A DNA stretch of 64,000 bases from the NCBI GenBank assembly GCA_965237405.1, contig OZ250139.1:3781661-3845660 (forward strand), written 5' to 3'. Both the position numbers and the translations under genes were made by a program. This document shows positions 7,615 to 16,939 of this stretch, in pieces. The DNA is from Vicinamibacterales bacterium. GTDB lineage: Bacteria > Acidobacteriota > Vicinamibacteria > Vicinamibacterales > UBA8438. The notes under the pieces are model-generated. The model did no database searches and had not been told where the DNA came from. It worked only from the letters and a program-made list of their open reading frames with translations. The stretch's first letter is position 1; every line of letters starts with the position of its first letter.

Positions 7615-8415
7615 TCACAGAGGCACTCTCGTCGAGAGAAGAAGATACTTAGCGAGCATCTCACCGACCACGACGGTAAAGAAGTCGACATAGAGGATCC
7701 CAGTGGCTGACTGCGTCGAACGGATCTTCGCGGTCTCCCAAGTCAAGTACGACAGGAGTGCTGGTGACCCCAATCCAAACAAGACCCGCTGCCAGAGAAA
7801 CACGCCGTCTAGAGACAGCGCGTACTGGTCGAACCCTGCGCCGGACGGCGATTGCCAGCTGGCCAGTGCGACCGCCACGACGGTTCCCACAACCAAGATC
7901 CGTGTGACGGTCGATGCGATATGGAACTTCACAATCGACTGCAGGAGCGCGACGTTCATCGACGGCAAGACCAGGTACCAGTGGCCGAGAATCATCGCCG
8001 TGCACGTACTGCCCAGCAGTGCTGACGACGACAGGAAGCTGAGTATCGTGAGCAGCGGTAGGGCCACCATGTCACCCGTCGACATGTTGAAACCCTGCGT
8101 AACCATGGTGATGACGCCACCGATGACCGTCGCCCACAGAAGGAACGGGCGCAACGCTGAGAGCGCCCGCCCAATCGACGCCCAGTACACGAGGAGAGCG
8201 CCGGTCGCCACGACAAGGGCGGTCACGCCGATCGAATCCGGCCCTGCCGTCGCCGCAAACTCCGGCCGAAAGGCCAAGGCAATCAGCAGCAGGATCGTCG
8301 CGAGCCCCGCGTTGAATCGAAAGAACTTCGCTCCAGCTCCGTCACCGACGAGCAGTAGCGTTCCGGCGATCCCGACACCCAGATGGGTCAAGAAGAGAAA
8401 GATGACGAAGGACAT
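7615..8415 (-). CDS. Hypothetical polytopic membrane protein (about 8 TM)
   Basis: 266-aa ORF, hydrophobic throughout. No family recognised. Confidence 0.55.
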   Translation of the reverse strand: MSFVIFLFLTHLGVGIAGTLLLVGDGAGAKFFRFNAGLATILLLIALAFRPEFAATAGPDSIGVTALVVATGALLVYWASIGRALSALRPFLLWATVIGGVITMVTQGFNMSTGDMVALPLLTILSFLSSSALLGSTCTAMILGHWYLVLPSMNVALLQSIVKFHIASTVTRILVVGTVVAVALASWQSPSGAGFDQYALSLDGVFLWQRVLFGLGSPALLSYLTWETAKIRSTQSATGILYVDFFTVVVGEMLAKYLLLSTRVPL

Positions 8416-8435
8416 GGGATGGGGGTATGGGGAAA

Positions 8436-8533
8436 GCAGGAGGCAGGAGACAGGAGACAGGAGAGAGTCGGTGACTGACGCACTCTAGAAGCGTCCTAGG
8501 GAACCCGGTGCCCTCCTGTCTCCTGCCTCCTGC
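8436..8533. repeat. GGAG/CTCC-armed intergenic repeat element, copy 2 (perfect 21-bp inverted arms, 56-nt spacer)
   Basis: GCAGGAGGCAGGAGACAGGAG (8436..8456) is the exact reverse complement of CTCCTGTCTCCTGCCTCCTGC (8513..8533). The spacer contains GGTGAC and TCTAGAA, like copy 1. Confidence 0.9.
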
Positions 8534-8536
8534 CGA

Positions 8537-9136
8537 TTATCCCAATCTCCTATTTACCTCGTCCCAGTTGATCGTGTTGAACCAAGCGGCGAGGTACTCG
8601 GGTCGGCGATTCTGATACTTCAGATAGTACGCATGCTCCCAGACGTCGACGCCAAGAATCGGTTTCTTGCCATCCGCAAGCGGGGTGTCCTGATTGGGCG
8701 TGCTGACGATCTCGAGACTGCCACCGGTGTCGACGAGCCATGCCCACCCGCTGCCAAAGCGGGTCACGCCAGCATTGGTAAGCTGCTCCTTGAAGGCATC
8801 GTACGACCCGAATGCGCCGTTGATGGCGTCGGCGATCTTCCCGGTCGGTGTTCCGCCCCCGCCGGGACCCATCACCTGCCAGAACATCGAGTGGTTCGCA
8901 TGCCCCCCGCCGTTGTTTCGGACCGCCCCGCGAATGTCCTCCGGGACGGCGTTGAGATTACCGACCAACTCTTCAATGGTCTTGCCAGTGAGCTCAGGAT
9001 GTTTCGCAAGTGCGTCATTAAGTTTCGCGACGTAGGTCGCGTGGTGCTTGCCGTGGTGGATCCGCATCGTCTGCTCATCGATGTGCGGTTCAAGGGTGCT
9101 GAAGTCATACGGTAGGGGTGGCAACTCGTAAACCAT
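8537..9136 (-). CDS. sodA: Superoxide dismutase [Fe/Mn]
   Basis: Canonical Fe/Mn-SOD sequence: [46 protein letters not shown]. Confidence 0.95.
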   Translation of the reverse strand: MVYELPPLPYDFSTLEPHIDEQTMRIHHGKHHATYVAKLNDALAKHPELTGKTIEELVGNLNAVPEDIRGAVRNNGGGHANHSMFWQVMGPGGGGTPTGKIADAINGAFGSYDAFKEQLTNAGVTRFGSGWAWLVDTGGSLEIVSTPNQDTPLADGKKPILGVDVWEHAYYLKYQNRRPEYLAAWFNTINWDEVNRRLG

Positions 9137-9242
9137 TGGAAAACTCTCCTTCTTGTTGAAGCATTCGCGAGACGGCCCGGACTCGCAGCAGTCGGTGGGA
9201 GCCCGGAGTAAGAACCAAAACGAAGTGATCGAGTAGATGAGT

Positions 9243-10373
9243 TTAGTGGATGCTCAACATCCGGTCGAGCGCCACGCGCGTCCAGTGCTTGTCACGGTCG
9301 GGGACCACGATCCGGTTGTGTACCTGGCCCGCGACCAACCCTTCGAGCACCCAGAGTAAGTGATTGGGGGACACGCGAAACATCGTGGAACAGAGACATC
9401 CAATCGGATCGAGCGTCATTACCGTTCGCGTTGGAGCCAGGGTCGCCGCCAATCGGTTGACCAGGTGGATCTCGGTGCCGACGGCCCACATGGACCCTTC
9501 TGGGCTCTCTGTGATCTGGCGGATGATGTACTCGGTCGACCCAGCGTCATCAGCAGCCTGGACAACATCCCATGTGCACTCGGGGTGCACGACGACCCGA
9601 ACACCGGGATGCTGGCGACGAACAAGGTCGACCTGCTGGACGCTGAAGCGGGTGTGAACCGAGCAGTGTCCATTCCAGAGGATGATGCGCGCCCTGCGTA
9701 GTGCCTCGACGTCCACCCCACCATCTACGATGTCTGGATCCCAGACGACCATCTGGTCGAGCGGAACGCCCATAGCGTAGGCAGTATTCCGACCGAGGTG
9801 TTGGTCCGGCAGAAAGAGAACCTGATCACCCTGTTCCCATGCCCAATTGAGCGTTGCCTGGGCGTTGCTCGACGTGCAGACGATACCCCCACGCTCACCA
9901 CAGAATGCTTTAATCGACGCCGCCGAGTTGATGTAAGTCACGGGGACGACGCTCGACGCGCCCAAGCTCTGAAGCTCATCCCAGCAGGTCTCAAGCTGGT
10001 CGGCAGCCGCCATGTCGGCCATCGAACACCCCGCAGCGAGGTCAGGGAGAATGACCTGCTGATCGGGACGGCTCAGCACATCGGCGCTCTCGGCCATAAA
10101 GTGAACGCCGCAGAACACGATGTGCTCGACCTTCTCCTGCCTTCTCGCCTCACGGGCGAGTTTGAACGAGTCGCCGGTACAGTCAGCAAACTTGATGACT
10201 TCGTCCCGCTGGTAGTGGTGACCGAGAATCAGCAGACGCTCGCCGAGGGCCGCCCGAGCGGCCATAATCCACTCCTCCATGACGTCATCCGGCAGACCAA
10301 GATACCGGTCGGGGAGCAGCTGCCGCTCTCCGATCTGCGTCTTCTCGAATTCCGTGAGTAGCTCAACGCTCAC
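9243..10373 (-). CDS. nadA: Quinolinate synthase NadA
   Basis: 376 aa, GTG start. NadA-type segments: [33 protein letters not shown]. Confidence 0.85.
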   Translation of the reverse strand: MSVELLTEFEKTQIGERQLLPDRYLGLPDDVMEEWIMAARAALGERLLILGHHYQRDEVIKFADCTGDSFKLAREARRQEKVEHIVFCGVHFMAESADVLSRPDQQVILPDLAAGCSMADMAAADQLETCWDELQSLGASSVVPVTYINSAASIKAFCGERGGIVCTSSNAQATLNWAWEQGDQVLFLPDQHLGRNTAYAMGVPLDQMVVWDPDIVDGGVDVEALRRARIILWNGHCSVHTRFSVQQVDLVRRQHPGVRVVVHPECTWDVVQAADDAGSTEYIIRQITESPEGSMWAVGTEIHLVNRLAATLAPTRTVMTLDPIGCLCSTMFRVSPNHLLWVLEGLVAGQVHNRIVVPDRDKHWTRVALDRMLSIH

Positions 10374-10477
10374 GAGTTTCTGGGACCTAAGATTGTGAAA
10401 CTTTTCTCAATGTTGGTACATCAAAAAGTCAAATCCCACGAGCCGGACATACCCGACCGAAGACTTGACTTGTCCTA

Positions 10478-10486
10478 ATTATATCA
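10478..10486 (-). promoter_or_regulatory. Extended -10 promoter element TGATATAAT upstream of nadA
   Basis: Minus strand reads TGATATAAT, overlapping the mqnE stop codon, about 105 nt upstream of the nadA GTG. No good -35 element. Confidence 0.35.
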
Positions 10487-11611
10487 CGCTGAAGTCCGGC
10501 TGGCCGGTGATCCGGACGGCATCGAGACCACGTTGTAGAGCGTGTCCCTCTCGACCGGCTGCCGACCGGCATCGACGATTAGGCCGCCGATTTCGTCCGG
10601 TGTCATCGATTCTGGCGTCGACGCGCCGGCCATGTGATAGATCCGCTCCTCTTGCACCGTTCCATCGAGATCGTCTACCCCGAACCAGAGAGCCATTTGG
10701 GCAACCTCGACACCAGTGGCAATCCAGAAGGCTTTAACGTGGGGAATATTGTCGAGCATCAACCGAGCGACGGCATGCACGCGCAGTGTGTCGGTCGCCG
10801 TGGGCGCTGGGAGCTTCTGCATTTGGTTGTTATCCGGATGGAACGCCAGCGGAATAAACGCTTGGAAGCCGCCGGTCTCATCCTGAAGCGTCCGCGCCCG
10901 TAGCATGTGCTCGACCCGCTCTTCAATCGTCTCGATGTGTCCATACAACATCGTCACATTGGACCGCACGCCAAGACGATGCGCCGTACGGTGGATGTCG
11001 AGCCATCGCTCCGTGCCGCATTTGTCATGGCAGATCTTTCGGCGTACGCGCTCGGAGAAAACCTCCGCGCCACCGCCAGGCAACGAGTCGAGCCCGGCAT
11101 CCATCAGCTCCCGGAGTACGCCCTCGTCGGTCTTGCCGTATCGGTCGGCGAAAAACGCGACCTCAACAGCGGTGAAACACTTCAAATGGATGGCCGGCTT
11201 GATCGCCTTGAAGCCGCGTAGGAGCTTCGTGTAGTACTCGAAGGGCAAGTCGGGGTGCAACCCGTTAACGACATGTACCTCGGTGATCGTCTGGCCAGTT
11301 CGTTGGCGAAGCTTGTCCCACGCCTGTTCGAGCGACATGGTGTAGGCACCCGGATCACCAGGTTTGAGACGGGCAAACGAGCAGAACAGACAGCTGGCCA
11401 CGCACACGTTCGTGGCCTCGAGTCGAATGTTGTGGTTGAAGTACGTCCGCGCGCCGTATCGTTTTTCACGCTCGCGGTTCGCCAGCCAACCGACCGCAAA
11501 CAGGTCCGGGCATTCGAAGAGACGCACCCCATCGCCGGAGTCCAGTCGGACGTTCGCGTCGAGCTTCTCGACGATTTCCTGGAGCCCACCGGCGGCCAAT
11601 CGATCCCGCAT
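10484..11611 (-). CDS. mqnE: Radical-SAM menaquinone (futalosine pathway) enzyme, MqnE-like aminofutalosine synthase
   Basis: CVASCLFCSF radical-SAM cluster motif in the context YFNHNIRLEATNVCVASCLFCSFARLKPGDPGAYTM, which fits MqnE better than MqnC from memory. 375 aa. Confidence 0.7.
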   Translation of the reverse strand: MRDRLAAGGLQEIVEKLDANVRLDSGDGVRLFECPDLFAVGWLANREREKRYGARTYFNHNIRLEATNVCVASCLFCSFARLKPGDPGAYTMSLEQAWDKLRQRTGQTITEVHVVNGLHPDLPFEYYTKLLRGFKAIKPAIHLKCFTAVEVAFFADRYGKTDEGVLRELMDAGLDSLPGGGAEVFSERVRRKICHDKCGTERWLDIHRTAHRLGVRSNVTMLYGHIETIEERVEHMLRARTLQDETGGFQAFIPLAFHPDNNQMQKLPAPTATDTLRVHAVARLMLDNIPHVKAFWIATGVEVAQMALWFGVDDLDGTVQEERIYHMAGASTPESMTPDEIGGLIVDAGRQPVERDTLYNVVSMPSGSPASRTSA

Positions 11612-11897
11612 GGTAATCCGAAGTTAGTGAGATGGTCGACTTATGCGACACCCCGCGCTCGAACGCGAAGCGGGCGGACTTGGAGTCTGGTCTCTCGCAC
11701 GATGACCCTAGAGCTCTTGCTCGCGAAGTCCTCTCGCCTTTGGCGAGCGTCTGCGCAACCGCGCGCCGATGCGGCGCCTCTCTCAATGATCCGTGACGGA
11801 AGAGTCATTGCGACCTATAAGCAGCGCATGTTATTCCATGGCAAGAGTTTTAATCAACCAGGCTACGCCGCTTCGCTCTATGGCCGATATCGGCCGG

Positions 11898-12108
11898 CTT
11901 CGGTATACTCGCCCGGTAGATCGACGTCCCGACGAGCCTGGGAAGTGGGTGCGAATCCCACACGGTCCCGCCACTGTAAGCGGGGAGTCGGACGGCGGAA
12001 AGGTGCCACTGGCGCCCGCACTGTGCTGCAGCGCGTCCACACGCGGAGCATGGGAAGACTCGCCGTTCGGTCAAAATCCGCGAGTCAGGAGACCGGCTTA
12101 TCGGGTGT
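11898..12108 (+). promoter_or_regulatory. Cobalamin (B12) riboswitch
   Basis: Conserved core GGGAAGTGGGTGCGAATCCCACACGGTCCCGCCACTGTAAGCGGGG (B12 box GCCACTG), a second GCCACTG, GGGAAG, and the 3' element GAGTCAGGAGACCGGC. Lies upstream of a BtuD/C/F-type importer. Confidence 0.9.
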
Positions 12109-12174
12109 CCTCTGAGCCACCGCCAGGCCAATCTGCCGGTGGGTAACGGTGCGTGGTCACGCCGAAGGAGGTTC

Positions 12175-12237
12175 GATGCAGGGTCTGTGGTTACTCCCGT
12201 ATCCCGCACATCACATCGCTTCGCCCGCTCGGTTCTG
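12175..12237 (+). CDS. Possible 20-codon leader ORF (MQGLWLLPYPAHHIASPARF) with a strong SD (GAAGGAGG) inside the riboswitch expression platform
   Basis: AAGGAGG lies 4-5 nt before the ATG, and the ORF ends 10 nt before the GTG of the ATPase gene. Coding status untested. Confidence 0.25.
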
Positions 12238-12247
12238 AGGTAACGCT

Positions 12248-13066
12248 GTGCTGCGAGCAGACGCGGTTTCGTTCAAGTACGGCGCCGACACCGTTCTGCG
12301 TGACGTCTCCCTTTCCGTGCCGCCCGGAGGACTGGTCGGCGTGCTCGGGCCGAACGGATCGGGCAAGACAACGCTGCTTCGAGTCCTCGCCGGTCTTCTG
12401 CCGCCATCTTCGGGGCGTGTGACCCTCGGCAATGACGATCTCGGCAGCTTCTCCAGGCGCGTGCTCGCTAAACGCATGGCCATGGTGCCGCAGGAAACCC
12501 ACATGGCTTTCGACTACGACGTGCTCGAGATCGTGCTCATGGGTCGATATCCCCACCTCAGAGCGTTTCAAATCGAAGGCACCGATGACCTTCGCTACGC
12601 GCAACACGCCTTGGCCGCGACTGGAACGTCTCAACTGTGCACGCGTGGGTTCGAAACACTTAGCGGCGGCGAGAAACAGCGGGTCGTGATTGCGAGCGCA
12701 CTAACCCAGCTCTCAAACGACGTGGACACAACGGATCAGTCGCAGATCCTTCTTCTCGACGAGCCGACCGCGTCGCTCGATCTCGGATACCAGCTGGAGG
12801 TCTCGCAGCTTATTCGATCACTCAATCAACGAGGCATCACGATCGTCGTCTCGACTCACGATTTGAACTTCGCAGCTCGCGTGTGTCACGACCTGGTGCT
12901 GTTACGGAGTGGGAGGATTCTGGCAACGGGACCAACCGAAGACGTCCTCGACGCGGATGCAGTCACGCAGCTCTTCGGAGTTAAAGCTCATGTTGGCTAC
13001 GACCAGGCAGCCGGACATCGGCTCGTCGTACCAATCGACCGCACGCATCCGTCATCCGAACCATGA
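12248..13066 (+). CDS. ABC transporter ATP-binding protein (BtuD/FecE type)
   Basis: Walker A GPNGSGKTT, signature LSGGEKQR, Walker B LLLDEPT. Confidence 0.9.
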   Translation: MLRADAVSFKYGADTVLRDVSLSVPPGGLVGVLGPNGSGKTTLLRVLAGLLPPSSGRVTLGNDDLGSFSRRVLAKRMAMVPQETHMAFDYDVLEIVLMGRYPHLRAFQIEGTDDLRYAQHALAATGTSQLCTRGFETLSGGEKQRVVIASALTQLSNDVDTTDQSQILLLDEPTASLDLGYQLEVSQLIRSLNQRGITIVVSTHDLNFAARVCHDLVLLRSGRILATGPTEDVLDADAVTQLFGVKAHVGYDQAAGHRLVVPIDRTHPSSEP

Positions 13067-14103
13067 CGATCGGTCTGGCAGCCACGTCAGTCCCACAGAC
13101 GGAGAGCTTGCGACGTCGGTTTCTCCTAACCCAGGCGATTTTTGGCGGTGCCGCACTGCTCGTCTGTCTGATCGCCCCTCTGGTGGGGCCCACACCGATC
13201 AGGCTAACGCGAGTGTTCGACGGCTCGATCGCGTTTGCGGACAACATCGATGCGCAGATCTTCTTTATCGCCCGACTGCCGCGGGCGGTTACGGGCGCTT
13301 TGGTTGGCGCTGCGCTGGCGACGGCCGGCGTCGTCCTCCAGGCCCTGCTGCGCAACCCACTGGCAACCCCGTTCACCCTCGGCGTCTCCTCGGGCGCGTC
13401 ACTCGGCGCCATGATTGTGATCGTGCTTGGCATACCGCTATCGCTATTGGGAGTACCGGTAGTTCCGCTGGCCAGCTTTAGCGGCTCACTCGTTGCGGTT
13501 GGTGTCGTCTATGTGCTGTCGAGGGTTCGGCGACAGGGGCTATCGACCCACGTCCTCCTGCTGGCCGGTGTAACCCTGAACTCGCTCTTCTCTGCAATCA
13601 TTCTGTTCGTCCAGTATTCCGCCAACATGGCTGAAAGTTTTCAGGCCATTCGTTGGCTGATGGGAAACCTCGACGTCAGCAGCTACGCTCCGATCCTGTC
13701 AGCACTGCCTCTGCTAGGAGCCGCGTTCGTTTCGTTCGCCATGCTCCCTCGGTCACTGAACCTGCTCGCGCTTGGTGCCGAACACGCCGCCATGCGAGGT
13801 GTCGACGTCCTCCGCGCGCAGCGGTTGGCGTTCGTGTCGGCCTCGCTGGCAACCGGCGCCGCGGTGTCGTTGGGCGGACCGATTGGATTCGTCGGAATCA
13901 TCGTCCCACACATGGTCCGTTTGCTCGCAGGCTCTGACCATCGGACCCTGCTCCCAGCCTCAGCGTTTCTCGGCGCAGCCTTCCTCGTGACCTGCGACGT
14001 CGTGGCACGCACGCTCATGGCACCGGTCGAACTCCCGGTCGGTATCATCACCGCGATGCTGGGCGGACCGTTCTTCCTCTGGCTTCTCATTCGACACCGA
14101 TGA
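13063..14103 (+). CDS. FecCD/BtuC-family ABC permease
   Basis: 346-aa polytopic protein with FecCD-type segments: GAALATAGVVLQALLRNPLATPFTLGVSSGA, GPIGFVGIIVPH. Confidence 0.9.
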   Translation: MTIGLAATSVPQTESLRRRFLLTQAIFGGAALLVCLIAPLVGPTPIRLTRVFDGSIAFADNIDAQIFFIARLPRAVTGALVGAALATAGVVLQALLRNPLATPFTLGVSSGASLGAMIVIVLGIPLSLLGVPVVPLASFSGSLVAVGVVYVLSRVRRQGLSTHVLLLAGVTLNSLFSAIILFVQYSANMAESFQAIRWLMGNLDVSSYAPILSALPLLGAAFVSFAMLPRSLNLLALGAEHAAMRGVDVLRAQRLAFVSASLATGAAVSLGGPIGFVGIIVPHMVRLLAGSDHRTLLPASAFLGAAFLVTCDVVARTLMAPVELPVGIITAMLGGPFFLWLLIRHR

Positions 14104-15002
14104 AGACACCACGTAGGCCCACGCTCCGTTCAGTCGGCGCGGCCTGGACGGCCGGTTTCGTCGCCGTCCTCGTTGGCTCGGTAGGCTTGGCCCAACCCCA
14201 ACAGTCGCCGCAACGTATCGTTTCCGTGATTCCAGCGGTGACCGAGACGCTGTTTGCGCTCGGAGCAGGTCCGCAGGTCGTGGGAATCAGTAGCTTCGAT
14301 GAACTTCCTGCCGGCAGCCGCAACGTCGATATTGCACGTGTCGGAGGGCTCGTGGACCCGGACACGGAACGCATGCTGACGCTTCGGCCTGATCTGGTGA
14401 TCCTGTATGCGAGTCAGGTCGATCTACGCAAACAGCTGGAGCGCGCCGGCATCCCGGTTTTCACTTACAGGCACGGAGGACTCGATGACGTCATGTCCAT
14501 GATCCGCACGATCGGGGGCCGTTCCGGGCGCGGACAGCAGGGCGAAGCACTCGCGGCCCGACTCGAAGCGGGGCTCGAAACCGTACGTGCGCGCATCGCC
14601 GAACGGCGGCGGCCAAGCACGTTGTTGGTCTTCGCGCGAGAGCCGGCCGCCCTGCGGGGCGTCTACGCAAGCGGCGGAATCGGGTTTCTCCACGACCTGC
14701 TCGCGATCGCGGGTGGCGACAACGTCTTCGCAGACGTCAGCGAAGAGAACGTCGCGCAGGTCAGCTCCGAAGCGATCTTGAGCACCGCTCCAGATGTGGT
14801 AATCGAGATCCGCAACCATGGCGCCTTCGATCCAGCCACCTTAACGGCCGAGCGTGCCGTATGGAATCGGCTGACCACCGTGCCCGCCGTTCGGAACAGT
14901 CGCGTTCACTTCCTTAGCGGAGGAGAGTTCGTCGTTCCAGGCCCACGGGTACTCAAGGCTGCGCAGCAACTCGCGCGACTGCTTCACCCCGATGCGTTCT
15001 AG
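14100..15002 (+). CDS. Periplasmic binding protein (BtuF/cluster-8 type) of the B12/siderophore importer
   Basis: Signal peptide, then RIVSVIPAVTETLFALGAGPQVVGIS and PDLVI motifs typical of PBP class 8. Translationally coupled to the permease. Confidence 0.8.
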   Translation: MKTPRRPTLRSVGAAWTAGFVAVLVGSVGLAQPQQSPQRIVSVIPAVTETLFALGAGPQVVGISSFDELPAGSRNVDIARVGGLVDPDTERMLTLRPDLVILYASQVDLRKQLERAGIPVFTYRHGGLDDVMSMIRTIGGRSGRGQQGEALAARLEAGLETVRARIAERRRPSTLLVFAREPAALRGVYASGGIGFLHDLLAIAGGDNVFADVSEENVAQVSSEAILSTAPDVVIEIRNHGAFDPATLTAERAVWNRLTTVPAVRNSRVHFLSGGEFVVPGPRVLKAAQQLARLLHPDAF

Positions 15003-15015
15003 TGTGACGAGTAAA

Positions 15016-15846
15016 TCAGGATCCCACAAACTCGACCGGTACCCGCTCCGGAATAAGCTTCTTCTCGTAGGCCTCGTCGAATAAACGCTTAACAGCAGCG
15101 TAACCGCGATCACCGTAATCAAGCGTTAGCTCGTTGACGTACATCCCAACAAACCGATTGGTTTCGTCTTTGTCGAGACCGCGCCCGTACTGCCGAGCGT
15201 AATCGATTGCATCGGAACGGTGATCCAAGGCGTACGCGATACTGCCATGGAGAAGGCGCGACGCACGGCGCATCGTGTCGGCACCCAGATCACGACGGAT
15301 GACATTGCAGCCCAACGGCAACGGCAGCCCGTTGGTTCGGTCGGCCCACCAGACGCCAAGGTCGACAATCGATCGAAGTCCCTCTGCGGCGTAGGTCAGC
15401 TGGCCTTCGTGAATGAGCAATCCGGCCTCGACTTTCCCTTTGTGGACGGCAAGCTGGATCTCATCAAACGGCATAACGGTGTGGGCCACGCCAGGCTGAT
15501 AGAGCTGCAGAGCGAGATAGGCCGTGGTGAGGGTGCCTGGAATTGCTACGGTGACACCGCTCAAGTCGGTTGGACCATCTCGACGAGTAACGAGCACGGG
15601 ACCGCAGCGATCGCCCATGCTCGCTCCGTGCGGCAACAGCGCATAGCGATCGAAAAGGTGCGCGTACGCATGAAACGAAACAGCGGTCACTTCGTACGTG
15701 CCCTCGAACGCCACTTGATTCAGGGTCTCGATGTCAGCCAGCACTTGGTTGACCTCGAAGCCGTCCAGATCGACAGCTCCAGACGCGAGTCCGAAAAACA
15801 TAAACGCATCGTCAGAATCGGGACTGTGGGCGACCGTGATCTTCAT
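15016..15846 (-). CDS. MqnA/MqnD-family menaquinone biosynthesis protein (MqnD-like)
   Basis: N-terminus MKITVAHSPDSDDAFMFFGL...DIETLNQVAFEGTYEVTAVSFHAY parallels the SPCPNDTF...DVETLN...SFHAY pattern of 1,4-dihydroxy-6-naphthoate synthase (PF02621 family). Confidence 0.65.
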   Translation of the reverse strand: MKITVAHSPDSDDAFMFFGLASGAVDLDGFEVNQVLADIETLNQVAFEGTYEVTAVSFHAYAHLFDRYALLPHGASMGDRCGPVLVTRRDGPTDLSGVTVAIPGTLTTAYLALQLYQPGVAHTVMPFDEIQLAVHKGKVEAGLLIHEGQLTYAAEGLRSIVDLGVWWADRTNGLPLPLGCNVIRRDLGADTMRRASRLLHGSIAYALDHRSDAIDYARQYGRGLDKDETNRFVGMYVNELTLDYGDRGYAAVKRLFDEAYEKKLIPERVPVEFVGS

Positions 15847-15879
15847 GCCGGAATCAAAGCGTCCAGGATGTGAGGCCGC

Positions 15880-16428
15880 TTAGACGTCGTCGTCCTCGGG
15901 CTCCGCATAGGGCTTCGCGACCTGCCGGATAACGATCGTCAGGCCGAACAACGCGATGAGAAACGACGCCCCAAGACCAACGTAGGCACCGAGTCCCATG
16001 GCTGGCACCGGTATCTCGACAGGCGAGGTCCCACCCACAATAGATTGCGCCTGAGCCCGTGCCCAGATCTGGTCCGACACTGAGCGCTCCAAGTACTTCT
16101 CTCCGAGAAGCAAGATCGCGAAGGCGGCTAGGCCTACTAGGAGTAGCGGATGTCGGGAATTCCGCCTCGTGATGATGCTCAAAGTCCCAAGAACAACAGT
16201 AAGAAGGCCGAGACCAAGCACCCAGATCCCAGCCACGCTCGGCACACCGCCCAAGCTTCGATCGCCCATACTCATCCAGGGCAGAAAGGCGCTCCAAACC
16301 AAGACGATTCCGCAGAGCACGGGCAGGTAGTACGCGCGCATACCGTGGTGGACGATGCCATAAAGCCAACGTGACAACATCGACGGCAGTCTATAGGAGT
16401 CCGTAAATGAGTCCAAGACGCAAGACAT
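15880..16428 (-). CDS. Hypothetical membrane protein (about 5 TM)
   Basis: Hydrophobic 182-aa ORF. No family recognised. Confidence 0.5.
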   Translation of the reverse strand: MSCVLDSFTDSYRLPSMLSRWLYGIVHHGMRAYYLPVLCGIVLVWSAFLPWMSMGDRSLGGVPSVAGIWVLGLGLLTVVLGTLSIITRRNSRHPLLLVGLAAFAILLLGEKYLERSVSDQIWARAQAQSIVGGTSPVEIPVPAMGLGAYVGLGASFLIALFGLTIVIRQVAKPYAEPEDDDV

Positions 16429-16600
16429 GCCGCTCTAGTAGCGTGTCAGTTTCGAGGACCGACGGCCGGCAGACCCCACTGGTTGAGTACACTCGGCCGA
16501 TGGTTGCATCCGGCTACTTTACTTGTTCATAGGGTTCGCCGTCCGAAACAACCGCGAGTGGACGATTCGGTGGTGTGGGCCCGCATCTGTGCTCAACCCG

Positions 16601-16939
16601 TTAGACGTTAAACGAGAGACCACAGCCACACTCGCTGGTGGCGTTTGGATTGCGAAATACGAGGGACTGCCCCAGCATGTTGGGATCGCAATCGAGAACC
16701 GTCCCATCCAGGTATTTGTAACTCTTCTTATCGACGAAGATTCGTGTTCCCTGAGCGCTCACGAATACCTCGTCGTCCGGCTTAGGCTCAGCTTCCCAAC
16801 GGAAAACATAACTCATCCCGTTGCAGCCGCCCGCCTTAACACCTACTCGCAATCCACCGTCTGAAACACCCTCGGTTACCATTGCCTCACGGATTCGCTT
16901 GGCTGCAACTTCAGTCACTTCGATCATTGGTCTCACCAA
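16601..16939 (-). CDS. iscA: Iron-sulfur cluster insertion protein, IscA/HesB family
   Basis: GGCNGMSY and C-terminal ECGCGLSFNV motifs. 112 aa. Confidence 0.9.
   Translation of the reverse strand: MVRPMIEVTEVAAKRIREAMVTEGVSDGGLRVGVKAGGCNGMSYVFRWEAEPKPDDEVFVSAQGTRIFVDKKSYKYLDGTVLDCDPNMLGQSLVFRNPNATSECGCGLSFNV

Noticed and set aside
10374-10477. nadA leader considered as an NAD+-I (nadA motif) riboswitch, which is known from Acidobacteria
   Set aside because: The leader forms hairpins (AAGUCAA...UUGACUU, and GAG-AAAA-GUUUC...GAAACUC next to the start codon). However, I could not find the conserved ACANCCCC-type bulge that I recall for this class in either half. It is left as unproven; cmsearch with RF03013 would settle it.
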